Part shown: positions 21,568 to 35,200 of the stretch, piece by piece | How positions within the stretch are numbered: position 1 is the first letter of the stretch | How the letters are laid out: the number at the start of each line of letters is the position of its first letter | NCBI GenBank assembly: GCA_051362555.1 | Contig: CM120642.1 | Location: 22,506,001-22,570,000 of the forward strand | Length of the DNA stretch: 64,000 nt | Source: Lingula anatina | Taxonomy: Eukaryota; Animalia; Brachiopoda | Direction: 5' to 3' | Notes under the pieces: model-generated | The model's database searches: none | What the model was told of the DNA's origin: nothing | Seen by the model: only the letters and a program-made list of their open reading frames with translations | Position numbers and translations under genes: made by a program

Positions 21568-24500
21568 CAAGAGAGATAGAGAGAGAGAATACTATGAGAT
21601 CCTGCCACAATCACTGGTACCTCCTAAATATAAATGCTTGTGTATTTAAAACTGTTTTAGGTTAGGGTCAGTTACATAGACCAACTTGCTACAACATCAG
21701 AAAGGAAGCAACAGCTGATGGAACAATACTACTTCACATGTAACTGTGTTATGTGCAGAGATAAACAGAGGGTAAGTTTTTATGGACAGCCTATAAATGT
21801 TTACTTGTGAACACCACAAAAGGAAAAGGAAATCACTTATTATTGTACCACCAGCGCCATGCTGCAGTATGCATGATTTTAGTCCCAGCCAGTATCGTCT
21901 GCTGGCTCAACGCATGTCACTGTTACCACTTCCTCCTAAACTACAAGAACCCCTCTTATATGTAGGTCACATAATCTCAATACAAGCATGTGAATTTTGG
22001 GCTTTGTTGGTGCTTGAGTCTAGGTGTGACACTAGTCCCAGTACACCTTTGTCCAAAATTAAATGTTAAATATCTCCCAAACCGAAGAATTTTAAGGAGA
22101 AATTTTCTGAAGATGGCTGGAAGTCATATGAGGAGATTTCAATTATGCCCTTGGATTTGGCCTTTGACCTTAATTTCAAGGTCAAATGGGACAAAATTTT
22201 CTAAAGATGGGAAATGTTTGCAAACAAAAAAAAGATTAAATGTACCAATTTTCAGAAACTACTCAGACCTAACCTATAACATTACAGGCAAGTGTTACCC
22301 TTAGGGTCATCTTTCATTTTTGTGAATTTGGGGTCAATTGGTACATTTTCACGGGAGAAACAGCCATTAGATTGTGAAACTGAAAATTCTCTCTAATTCT
22401 AGAACCATAAAAGCTAGAGACCTCTTGTTTTGCATTTTACAGAGCTTGTCATGCCCAACACTGCAGGTGGTGTCCCTTTTTTTGTTTACCATACAGTTTA
22501 CAAGTTGCACTATATCAAAAAGCACAACGTTGCAATACTCGGTGCTAAAAATAAAATGAAATATAACAAATTTAGCAGAGATGCACCTTTTATTCTGTTG
22601 AACTTGAATAGGAAGTCATATACTGGCAATCGGACTGTGACCTTGAAATTGACATTTGACCTACTTTTCATTAAGAACTGAGCTTTTCAACTTTTCCGTC
22701 CCAATGCTGTTTGCCATTGACCTAACCCCTACTCCCCCTTTTTTTTTTTTTTTTTTGTAACAAAGGAAGGGGGGAGGTTCAGTTTTTTCCATATGCTTAA
22801 AACAGTTAGAAGAGTGAACTCTCTATAATATACCATCCTATCTTGCATCTTACTTGTACCTATAGATTAGTATAATAGTAAACAGTTGACCTTAGACTTC
22901 CTTTTCACCATGAACTTAAATTTGCAACTTTTCTGTCCCATATAATTCCAAAACTACCAGAGATATGCCCAGAGTTACTATTGAACTTGAATAGGAAGTT
23001 ATATACTGGCAATCTGTGTCCATGATATTGACCTTTGACTCAATTTTCATGATGAACTGCACTTTGCAAGTTTTCTGATCTTTATATCTCGAAAACAGCT
23101 AGAGGTACGCCCAAAGTTTTCATTGAACTTGAATAGGAAGTCATATATTGGCAATCTTACTGTGACCTTGAAATTGACCTTTGACCTACTTTTTTATGAT
23201 GAACTGCACTTTGCATGTTTTCTGGCCTTTATATCTCCAAAATTGGCAAAGAAATGCCCATAGTTGCTATTGAACTTGAATTAGGAAGTCATATACTGTG
23301 ACCTTGAAATTGACCTTTGACTTACTTTTTCACCATCAGCTTAACTTTGCCCCTCAAATGCTTGCTCCTCATATGCCCAGTGTTGTTCCTAGGTCTTCTC
23401 TCTTTGTCAGCATATATGCAACACTGCTAACACATTTCAAGGAAAACCAATAGGCCTGTTGTCTAGAAAATCACAGGAGTGATCAATCTGACTAATATAC
23501 AGATAAAGTTCGAAAGGAAAATACAGGTCAAAATGTTCAGACAGGCCAAAACTTTCTAAAATAGGAATTTTTGCAAAACATCCCTAACGAAAAAAGTCTT
23601 ATAGGATCCTATAAGATCCTATAGGAGCCTATAGGAAATTGGGCCAATTTCCTGTAGAATCCTATAGGATTTTATAGGATCCTATAGGACTTTTTCGTAA
23701 GGGAATTCTAATTCTAATTTTTAGAAATTAGCATACGTATACATGTAATATTATGGGCAGGGATCACACTTCGGGTCACTGTCATCTTCGTGAATTTGGG
23801 TCAATCAGTGCATTATCATGCATGGGAGAAGCAGCCATTAGATGCAAAAATTGAAAACTCACTAAGTCTGGAATTGTAAATACTACAGACCTCTTGTTTG
23901 TTGTATCCTTTAGAGTTTGTCAAATGCAGTACTGAAGGTGGTGTCCATTTTATTTTGTTTTCCATCAGTTTGCAGAGGAGTCGATCATCAAAATTTGGTT
24001 GTAAATTAGCCCTGGTATTATTAACACATTCTTAGTAACAAAAATAGGTCACATATAGATCACTTGATAGCTGCGGTGTAGTGAACAAACCATTGACAAT
24101 ATGCATAATAGTTAGAGCGCATTCTCAACGAATTAAGCCAGGCTTTACAAAGCCGGTGACCTAAAAATGGCGGACGTACATGAAAGAAAAACCGCCTAAT
24201 CTTTTAATAGTCTCTCCGCCTCTCACACGCCTCCCCACACGTCATCCCTGCGGGGTACAGTAATTAAATCTCGGCTCCGAACATTAATATTTCCGTGAAT
24301 ATCTCTGGTGATATTATCTCCGTAGATAGTCAATTCATTGCTGCTCTACGGGCCAAATTATTCCTTTTTCGTCTCTGTTTTCAAAGATAATAGAACAGAA
24401 GAGCTTTTTTCCTTCGATCGCCTTCAGCTGCCATGCTTTCTTCACCACGAGTTTAACTGATGAGCTTGCGCACTTAATATTTCTCAGGTTGCTTCCGCAT

Positions 24501-25664
24501 GGCGAACGGAGCCGAGATTTAATTACTGTACCCCGCAGGGACGATGTGTGGGGAGGCGGAGAGACTATTAAAAGATTAGGCGGTTTTTCTTTCATGTACG
24601 TGCGCCATTTTTAGGTCACCGGCTTTGTAAAGCCTGGCTTAATTCGTTGAGAATGCGCTCTTAGAGAGGGAGGGATTCTGAAACAAAAGTTATAAAAAGG
24701 GGGAAAATAATCAGAGGCAGCTTTTTCTTCTGATTCCCCATTAAGGATTTTGTTATTATTCTAACTTGGAATTTTTTTAGAATTGATATCATGTTTTATC
24801 TGCTTTCGCAATATTCATTCGTCAGCCATGTGTATTGAAAAGGAAATTTCTTTGGACAAAAAGAGTATTTTTTCAAAAATACTTTTCTTAGGATCAGAAG
24901 TTGTCCAGCCTGAGATGTCCCACAACTGGCTGTGATGGAGTTGTTTCACAGAATCATGGTAAGTAGTGAGCAGCATATGCATGCCACATGTATGGAACCC
25001 AAGGTGTTACGTAGTTTTAGGAAATTATCCACCATGTTTTGCTGAAAGTCAATGCTTTTGCTGGAGAGTCAATGGAAACATTAAATAATGTTTTCTAACC
25101 TACAGAAAAAATACAAATACCCTTTCTGTGGCTGACTGAGGGACAATTTTAAAGAGTTAGGGCCACAGAAGTGTTTTTTGTTTTCATTAGATGCGTAATT
25201 AAACAAGGCAGCAAAGCTGTCAAATGTACAGACAAAAAACAGAAAATAAAGATAAAAAACAGGTCATTTTGTCAATTTTGATGCGATAATTAATAATGCT
25301 TATAATAGCACAGTCAGTCGACACTGAATTTTAATAAAAATCTGACCATCTTCCTGACCCAGAAGATGGTCTCAATCCAACCCTTCAATAAGATGATAGT
25401 TTAAGGACCATGAGAGTTCAAATTCACATAAGTGTCAATTTTTGAAAAATGATGACAGTGCATAAAATAATATTACATAATGTGGAAAGACATAAATACT
25501 AATACAACTGCTTATGTGGAAATAAAGAAAATGTGCACAGCCTCAGGTGGATGGGAGTTAAAAGTCACATCTTTAAAATGCCAGTGATTGAGAAAAAATT
25601 AAAAGAAAACATAAAAAAATATAATTCCAATAAAGCTGCTATTCAAACTTTTAATCTTTTAGTT

Positions 25665-25720
<56 letters not shown>

Positions 25721-28700
25721 CTTATTTGCAATATTAAGGGGGGAATGTACCCAAATATCGCTAAAAATAATCATTTTGGGTTTTTTTATGTCTTATTATT
25801 GGTTAAATGTGTATCTGACGTTTAATGGAATAACCTTTTTACAGTTTGAACAAAAAATGTTTTTTCTGTTGATTTTGATGCTGCACTCATCGGCACGGGT
25901 GGCTTGGTCTGTGTCCCGCCCTCATTGCCAAGGGCCATTGGCATGGGGAAACTCAGTGGGAAGACCTTAGCAGCATGAGCACAACTCGCCAAACAATAAA
26001 ACAGGAACGTGTCATACTCCTTTTGTCATAAACAGCGATAGGCAAAGCATTGATAGTCGCTCTTGATTGTGATCAGCGCTAAGGAGAATCTTTTCTGATA
26101 CATTGGATTTTCTCAGATTACGCTTTTTTCCTTGAATTGGTTGTTGCTATATACATGTACTTCTGATTTTCTTCTTAACATTTGGAGATACGAATAAAAA
26201 AAGAGAAACATTCCACTGCTTGCTACCTGTGACAGCAACCGTCAAACTATCGATCAATCTTCGACAGCAGCTCTATACAGTCGTCAGATTTTATAGATCT
26301 ATGCAACTTGGATCTAGCATTGAGGCACATGTTTATCAAATCTTGACAACTAATGCTAAGCTCTACGATTGACGATGGTGATAATTTCTGTGTTTTGGAC
26401 TTTTTCTGAGCGACATCAACCTAAACATTTTGTCGAATACTGACTGGAATCATATACAAGATTGCTTTGAAAAGACTTGAGCCCATATCCTAGCGTAACC
26501 TTTCATAGAGTGGTGTAAAATTTCAGTACGTGCAAAAAAAAACTAAGCAAATAGAGCAAATAATATCACTAGACTCCATTTTTTGCACGAACAATAGTAA
26601 GCTGAGATCACGTGAGTGCTGTAGTATTTATAACATTTTGATTTTTCAGAATTATTCATCTAAGCAATGAGATATGAGCTGGAAAATAAGCCCTAGCATT
26701 TTCAATCTAAATGCTGGTATACCGCGAGGTACAGTTCTGGATGCATGTATGCACTTTCAAAGCCGACATGTTTTTTTTTCTTCAATAATTATCCTAATTT
26801 CTGACAAACACAACTTTACACATTTCCTCTAACAAGCCCTGCCTGGTCGCTTCTATTTCTTGTTGTTGATGGTCCGAACAGCGTCCTGTGACACGACCGT
26901 GTTTTTGAACCATTTTTTTCGCTTGGCGAATGTGGACAAGACCACCTGCGATGATGCTTTATTGTGTGCACATCCTAGAGCGCATCCCTAACACTTGCCC
27001 CAACATCAATTGACGTGGCCACTGATTGGTTGAGTAATTAGAGCTTAATTGATTGCCTGTCAATCATTCTGGCAGTGCTAGCGGTAATCCCTTGAAGTTA
27101 CTAACAGGAGGTGAGATTGATACAAAAATAAGATTTTCTGACATGCAAATGCATGCAAACAAGCTAATTTCAACCGGCAATTGCGATCGTCAGAATGATA
27201 ACAGGTAAAGCCGTCAACAATTTAATTTGCTATTTTGGACAATAATCTCCCAGAAAGGGTTTTTGCTAGTTTTCTTTGCTTTCAAGATTGACGAGATAGC
27301 ATTATCGGAGCGAGCTGTAACTGTCAACCTGTACACTTGAGGGAGACCAAATTCACCAATCTTATTAAGAAAAGTATGCACTACAAGTGCTTTTAAAAAA
27401 TTTTTGATTGACCCTCTCTTTTCCAATTAATTTTATTGACTTTGAAAGTGAAAATTCTTAATATTTTGATGTCTCTAAAGAAAAATCCCTGACTCCCTTT
27501 TGTAGTACTTTGTTCAAGTGTTATAGTACCATTAAAAGCATTTTTATAGCTGTCCAGGTGCCTGAGAAAATCAGGTGTTTAAAAATGGTGTTTTTGTCCC
27601 CCAAACCCCAATATTACGTCACACGATGAAGTTGGAGCTGTGTTTCATGCATAATTAGATTTTTGAAGATACAAATGTGATAGTGAATGTGATAGGAATT
27701 AAAAAAGCTAAGACCTTTATTATAATTTATTTAATTTAATTTATTTTATTTTAAGAGAAAATCTCTAACCTACATACCCCCCTTAAACAACATTTACCTG
27801 CATAATTATCACTGCTTCCTTATTATGCTTTTGCTTAAAAGTTGTGTGCATTGAGTGTACAGCAAGCTTTAAATTTCATTAGGAGTGTGCTGTTTTAGAG
27901 TAAAACCCTTATCATTTGATTATTTAATATGCACCAATACAAGATACATATACATGCACTGCTATTGACAATTACACAAGTCAAACAAAATACTTCAATA
28001 CACATTTTGCTTTTATATCCATCAATGAGAAATAATCAATGTTTATATAGAATTTTATTATCATATATCAAAGTGGCAATAACACTATGATAAATAATAC
28101 ACTATTTTGAGGTATAAGGATATTTATGTCACAGGCCAGAGAGAAATCCAGCCAAAGTTTAAATCACCCTAGAGCAAATTGAAATTTGTTCTTATTTGGG
28201 AATATGCAGTTTTAGCTTTTCCTTCAAAAACAAACTGCCAACAAGAAAATCAATAACATTATGTAAAGCTAGTTATAAATTCTATTGTTCTAACAAACTA
28301 TGGTGTTTACCTCACTCTAAGTTTGAGAATAAGTTAAGGGCATTGTAAGTCAAACATCAAAAAGAAAAAAGCCTAATCCACCCTTTCAACTCATTCACTT
28401 TAGATGGTGACTGTGCGTTGTCCTTGCTGGGATTAGCGCTGTTGTCTTAAGAGCGCATTCTCAACGAATTAAGCCAGGCTTTACAAAGCTGGTTACCTAA
28501 AAATGGCGGACGTACATGAAAGAAAAACCGCCTAATCTTTTAATAGTCTCTCCGCCTCTCACACGCCTCCCCACACGTCGTCCCTGCGGGTTACAGTAAT
28601 TAAATCTTGGCTCCGAACATTAATATTTCCGTGTATATCTCTGGTGATATTATCTCCATAGATAGCCGATTCATTGCTGCTCTACGGGCCAATTCATTCC

Positions 28701-31700
28701 TTTTCCGTCTCTGTTTTGAAAGATAATAGAACAGAAGAGCTTTTTTTCTTCGATCGCCTCCAGCCGCCATGCTTTCTTCACCTCAAGTTTAATTGATGAG
28801 CATGTGCACTTAATATTTCACAGGTAGCTTCTGCATGGCGAAAGGAGCCGAGATATAATGACTGTACCCCCGCAGGGACGAGGCGTGGGGAGGCGTATGA
28901 GAGCTGAAGAGACCACGCTCGGCTGTCACCTTGATTGGATAGTAAACGATTGTCGTAAAATCGCTAAATGATATTAAAACCGGGTTGATAAACTTGAAAA
29001 CTACCTAGAACAACCTTAGACTGCCACATTAATCCAATACAATACAGTAATTAAATCTCGGCTCCGAACATTAATATTTCCGTGTATATCTCTGGTGATA
29101 TTATCTCCGTAGATAGTCGATTCATTGCTGCTCTACGGGCCAAATTATTCCTTTTTCGTCTCTGTTTTCAAAGATAATAGAACAGAAGAGCTTTTTTCCT
29201 TCGATCGCCTTCAGCCGTCATGCTTTCTTCACCACGAGTTTAACTGATGAGCATGCGCACTTAATATTTCTCAGGTAGCTTCCGCATGGCGAACGGAGCC
29301 GAGATTTAATTACTGTACCCCGCAGGGACGACGTGTGGGGAGGCGGAGGGACTATTAAAAGATTAGGCGGTTTTTCTTTCATGTACGTCCGCCATTTTTA
29401 GGTCACTGGCTTTGTAAAGCCTGGCTTAATTCGTTGAGAATGCGCTCTTAGTCTTCATAAACACAAATGTTTACAAGAAGACATGGGGTGGCCTTATAAA
29501 TACAGAGCTGACTACCCATCCAGAAATTGTCTATTTAATCTGGAAATTTGAAAGTTTGAGCAATCAATATGGAAAATATATTTTTTTAGTCCGGAAATCT
29601 TTAAAGAAAAAATTTGTTGGCCTATATTGATTTTGGCAAAGTCTGCTGAAAGAATCCAAAGCCCAGGCCGAAGATTACATCAAGCTTAACTGCACATATA
29701 CAAACAGTTTTGTGTATTTTCTGAGTCTATGTACACATGCGCAGAACGTTTTGTGCATTTTTGCAACAATGACTACCTCCAAGTAAGCAAGTGCTTTGAA
29801 TGCAGACAATAATAAACCAAATAAGCGTTCTGATTACAGGTGCAATTTTAGTATACTGTATGCTATGATGGAAAATCCTCTTGCTTGTGGTTAAGTCCTG
29901 TAATTCTGTTTTCAAAATCCTGAAGTGAAGATTTATAAATACAAATGGAACCCCCTAAAATATGGACGAAATAAATGTTGTTTTTTAGCAAAATGTAATG
30001 GATTTACATTTTATATGCATTCACCTTAAACATTCGCTATATATACTTTCAAATGAAAACCAAAAAGCAAATAAATTCCACTCATCCAGATTGTAAACAC
30101 TGGCATGCTTTGTCAGTTTCACCTATTCAATTCAAAAAGTGTCCTTTTGCACATAAACAGATGCTTAATTGATTCTTGTAGTTGTCTATGGTTGAATATG
30201 GTATGTGGTTGTAGAGCAATAAAGAATGGAAGAAACCATTAAAATTAGTTTACATTTTTTCTTATATAGCATCACCTGCAGAGGTTCTTTCTCATCTGCA
30301 CACAAGCAACAATGGCACACACAATCTATGCTAGAGAGGAAATATCTAAATTGATGAAGATTGGCACCATGTCAGTCATGGCCATGTCAGTTTTAAGGAC
30401 ACACTACAGATACAACCATTGCACAGTTATCTGGAAAGCCACTGACTGGTCTCTTTTATCATCATTGCACGTTTCAACTTACTTCGTGTGTACAAGTGCA
30501 GGGACAAGTTATTTATGTCCATTCTTCTTAATTAAAAAAACAACAACAATCCTCTGTTCTTGACTGCACATTGTTAGCACCAGTGCCACTTACAGCTTAC
30601 AAGTTTGTGATTGAAGTCAAATAGTTATGTCCCTATCTTATATGAATGGATCCATAGAAACTGTGCTAACTTGACTCCCAGATCGATTCTTTGGAGCTTC
30701 CTCAGATTCAGAAGCTGTAAAAACATAGATATATATTTTTATTAAAGTGACAGTTATGCCATAAGACTAGCATATAGATTTAGAATGTGAAATTAATAGC
30801 CTTAGGCAAGCTTTTAGGTCATTTTAAACTATACAAAAATCATATATTTCTTCAGATAATGAATAATCTAACCTATCTTGTTAATGTCTGAGCCACACTG
30901 AGATCTTTCTGCAAGCTTGTTAGTATAAAATTAATGAAACACTTGATCTGTATAAAAATTTTAAAGATTAATTTCAATTTTGGGTAGTTCAGTCCTATCT
31001 AAACAGTAAGGTGGTTGTATTAAGGACCTACAGGTAGTGTACATTTGATTTTTGAAAGTAAATCAGTATGAATGGGAAAATAGAATCTAAATATTGAGAA
31101 ACAAATTGAAAGTTACTGTTCAGTGATTTTATGGTCTTGTTTAGATAGTTACAACAATGGTAACAGTATCACAAATATAAGATGCCATTCAATGAAAAGA
31201 TGCAGAGATCAGTCAAAAATGATCAAAACGTGACATGAATAAGGTACTGTAAGGTAATTGCTAATTTATTTGGAAAGGTCCTTTTTTGTGTATCTTTTCC
31301 ATTGTAACCTTAATGAAATAGATTAATTATAACATGGAATCTTAATCATCAACAGTTGCCCACCATTTTTTTCCTTCCTGAAATGGCCTTTGTGAATGCA
31401 TTCCCATGCTAGGATGACCAGCACAATAAACAGCCATAAAGCCCAACCAGCAATTAAGATGGTTAAGGTAGCACCTGTCTCCATCAGGGACTTGGCAACA
31501 TCTGCAGACTTTCCTGACCAGTGCTGAAATTGAAATTCCATAATTATGATACAGTGTAGCCTTATCGTGACCTTCAGGATTAAGGCTAAATGTGAGGGTT
31601 AAAGTGAGCATTTAAAGTCTAATTATGTAATCGAGCCATACTGTCACACAGAAGCCATCAGCAGCACTGAACACCACTGTATGGTGTGAGAACAATGAAA

Positions 31701-32201
31701 ACATCCCTTAGCAGAATGTCAGACTGGTTGCAATATTGCTGCAAACTTTTCATTTTGCTAAGGAGTGTGTCATAAGCATATAACAAAGAATATAACAAAC
31801 ATTAGCATATAACAAGATAACTATATTAGAAAGGTCTGATATATGTGAACATTCACACAGAAATTTTACCTTTTTCTTGCCTGGCTCATCTGTAGGATCA
31901 AACTTTTGCTGGTGTTGCCGGATATATTTAGAAAAGCACTTGGTTCTACTTCTGGGTACATTCCTTATGTAAAAGCCCAGCATAGCCTCTTGTGGGATCA
32001 TCTTCACATACTGAAGATTCCCTCCGTGTAATTCGTGTAAAGCTGTGTGAAATTCTAGCATTATACCAGTGATGTTTGCGTTGTCATGTAGTTTCTTCAT
32101 AAGACAAACAACATTGTCACACACTACATGAATTGAGAAAGGGAAGAATAATTAAATTATTGTTACGTTTAGAATTGAAGGCATACGACATAAATTACAT
32201 C

Positions 32202-32245
<44 letters not shown>

Positions 32246-35200
32246 ACAAGATCAAAAGATGCAAACTGTAATAGCGGCCTATTATATGGACATTTTCAGC
32301 TTCAGGAAAACTTTTGAATCCCTGATCCTTTGATGCGCAGTTCAGTGCACCAAACTGCAACACACTGAAGTATATCAATGTCTGTGTCTGGAGCCACATT
32401 CATAATAGATGCTAACTGGTTCGCAGATCAAGTATGGCCTTCCCCACTTGAAAGTGATGCCGCATAATTTGCTATTGGACTCCCTGCCTACCAGATGCAC
32501 CAGGCCTGCAGGGGCCTAACAATAAATAACTAAATCTCTGCTACATGTACAAGGTTTTTATTGCTATTTCCCTGCAGGGCTGGTGTGTGGGGTAGGCAGG
32601 GAGACCATAAGGGGATTAGCAACATTGCTTTCAAGTGAGGTCTTACACATCTGTTCTAAATATTGCCTCACATTCTTCAACTTCATTTAACACACCTTTC
32701 CAAACTTCATTAATGTACATTTCTTAGCTGATCAGCTCATGTTGTGTCACAGTGCCATACAACGAGTAGAACTGTCGCTTCATTTTTGCAGTAATCAATT
32801 TGCAGTAATCATTTCTAGTGTACAGATCAAGTGTTTCATTAATAAAACTATAAAACTTTCAATAACTATGTAGTACCTGCATGCATTAATAAGTGCACAG
32901 GATATTTTCTCATAAAGGTTGACTGTACATTTGTCATTTTGGCTTGTTTTTTGTGAAGGGGGATGAATGGCTATGTTTTGGTGGAAAATTATGCGAAGAT
33001 CTATCAAGTCAGAACAAAAAATGTGGATTAATAAGAGGGACATGTATTGTTGTTAAGAAGTCTGTGTGTGTATGCATTGCCAGCCATGTTATGCCTAAAC
33101 CTACCTGTCACGGAGGCCCCAAGTCCCTCTGCTAACATGGCTGCTTCTGTTCCATCCAATACACCAACCTGAAATAGGCCAACAAATATTTAACTTTCAA
33201 CAAAAATGCAAAAAGTGTAAATCATCAAAGCTTTATGATTCAACAGTATGTGTATAGTCTGTCAGAGTAAAAAATAAAAATCCACTGTATTGCCATCTTA
33301 AGATTTTTCAGGTCAATATGACTGTATAATTTTGTAAATATATATATATTTTTTAATTGAGAATTGAATATATCTCAAAATGTGCTGAAAAACAGTAATG
33401 TCTTACCATTGCCCCTTTTAAATCAATAGGGACATTGTTGGCAAGCTGGTCAGCTGACAGTGATGTAGTTAATGTAGCAGTAAAACATGTGACAAGAACA
33501 ATGCCAGTCATGATCCAGATGGTACCAAAGAATTTAGCTAAGAGGGATTTAGGGACAACATCTCCATAGCTGCAAAATAAATATAAAACGAGCAACCTGC
33601 AGGATATAAAATGCATTTTTTTTACTTTGTTCCCCTTTAATGTAAAATAAAATGTTTTGAATTTTGATAATTGAGCCTCTTGATTGATTTAACTGTCATG
33701 TGTAAATCTCACTATCTTGCCAAGCTGTGACATACATGTACATGTACTTCAAGTGTCGGAATGTTTTGAACGTGTGGCCAGCTGTACAGCATTCTTGCTT
33801 TTACTCACCCTACTGTTGTCATGGTAACAAAGGCCCACCATATGCCTTCCACATATCCACTGCTGAATTTTTTGGGGAATTGTTCTGGATTCTTTAGCCT
33901 GTCCTTATATAATATATAAAAATAGAGGTAAATATTTATATGTGTCATAAGTGGTTTGTGTTGAGGGGTGTAACTAAGTTCAATCTAGTGGATTCAATAT
34001 CACAATAAAGGGTATAGGAGGAGATAAGCTTGTGCTGGAAGTGTGTATGTCAAATGAAGTCGAATGGGGAAAGACTTGAAGCCTGGTCATTTTTAGCTGG
34101 AAGTACACAAGAGTGGAGCCTTGAATGTGAAGTTGAAGCAGATTTTTTGGCACCATGGTAAGATAATATTTTTCTTTTGGCACTTTGAGCTCAGAATACT
34201 TGTAGAAATATGGGATATATGATACGAAAATATGTAACGAAGCTTGAAGGTGCAAAATTGTGCTATTTTCAGTTATCTTGTTTTCTAATAACTTGCTGCA
34301 TCGACCGATAGCACAACAAAAAAACATCATGAGAAAAAAATCCTGCGAGGCTGTAAATGCTGTCACATGTAATTTTTGCATGTATGCGAAGTGACATACC
34401 CGTATCTAATTATTGTTTGGTGTTTTATGGTAAGATCCCAACTAATAGTTAAATTGTACCAAACCATGATATATTTTTTTCAATATTGTGACAAATCTTT
34501 AGATAGTTAAAGATGCATACAAAGTCAATTTTTGTCACAAAAACCAAACAAATGCCAGCATATAGTTTCAAGTAGTATAACTAAGAGAATTACCAAAAGG
34601 CATTGTTTAATTTTACCCGAAAATGATGTTTGAACGGATTTTTCTGCTGGCTCTCTAAGCTGAATGTCAATGGGGCAGGAAAGTAGGTCACAAAAGTAGG
34701 TTAAATTTACAACCAAAAATTTAAAGAAAGGAGCAGTCTAAAGGTCTTTTATGGCTGATCGAGTGATCTATTCAGTTTATCCCTTGGCTTTTCGAATTTA
34801 TTTGAGTCATATAAGAATCTGGTAGAAGTGGTTTACATGTGTTACTGGGAATTCACACTCCACCGATGCTCCGTTCGTATGTACCTTTAAAGGACAATGG
34901 CCATGCCGTCAGAATGGCCTGAACGGAACATATTCTTCAGAAAACATGCCCAACTAATGATATCTTTATCCAAATACACTGATTAAAAGGTCATTTTGTA
35001 AATTTTTGGCTTTAAAAGACGTCCTATTTGCTTGGCCTGGGAGTTAATGAGCTACGTGGTCACATGGTCCGATGATGACAATCGTGCTACCGGGGGAAGA
35101 GAGCGTGCTTAGCTGTCAAACTGAGTTGCATTGTCTACCTGTAACATGACTTTTCTGGCTTCTGATAAAAGCTCATACTCATTCAAATCTCTTACCCGAG

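Noticed and set aside
21238-21665. ORFs rich in SLSL/HTHT/ERER/CVCV
   Set aside because: These are translations of the (GT)n(GA)n microsatellite.
32640-32775. Extra exon of the channel gene (MYINEVWKGVLNEVEECEA)
   Set aside because: No acceptor gives an open phase-1 frame, and exon 33105-33168 already splices in frame to 31870-32123.
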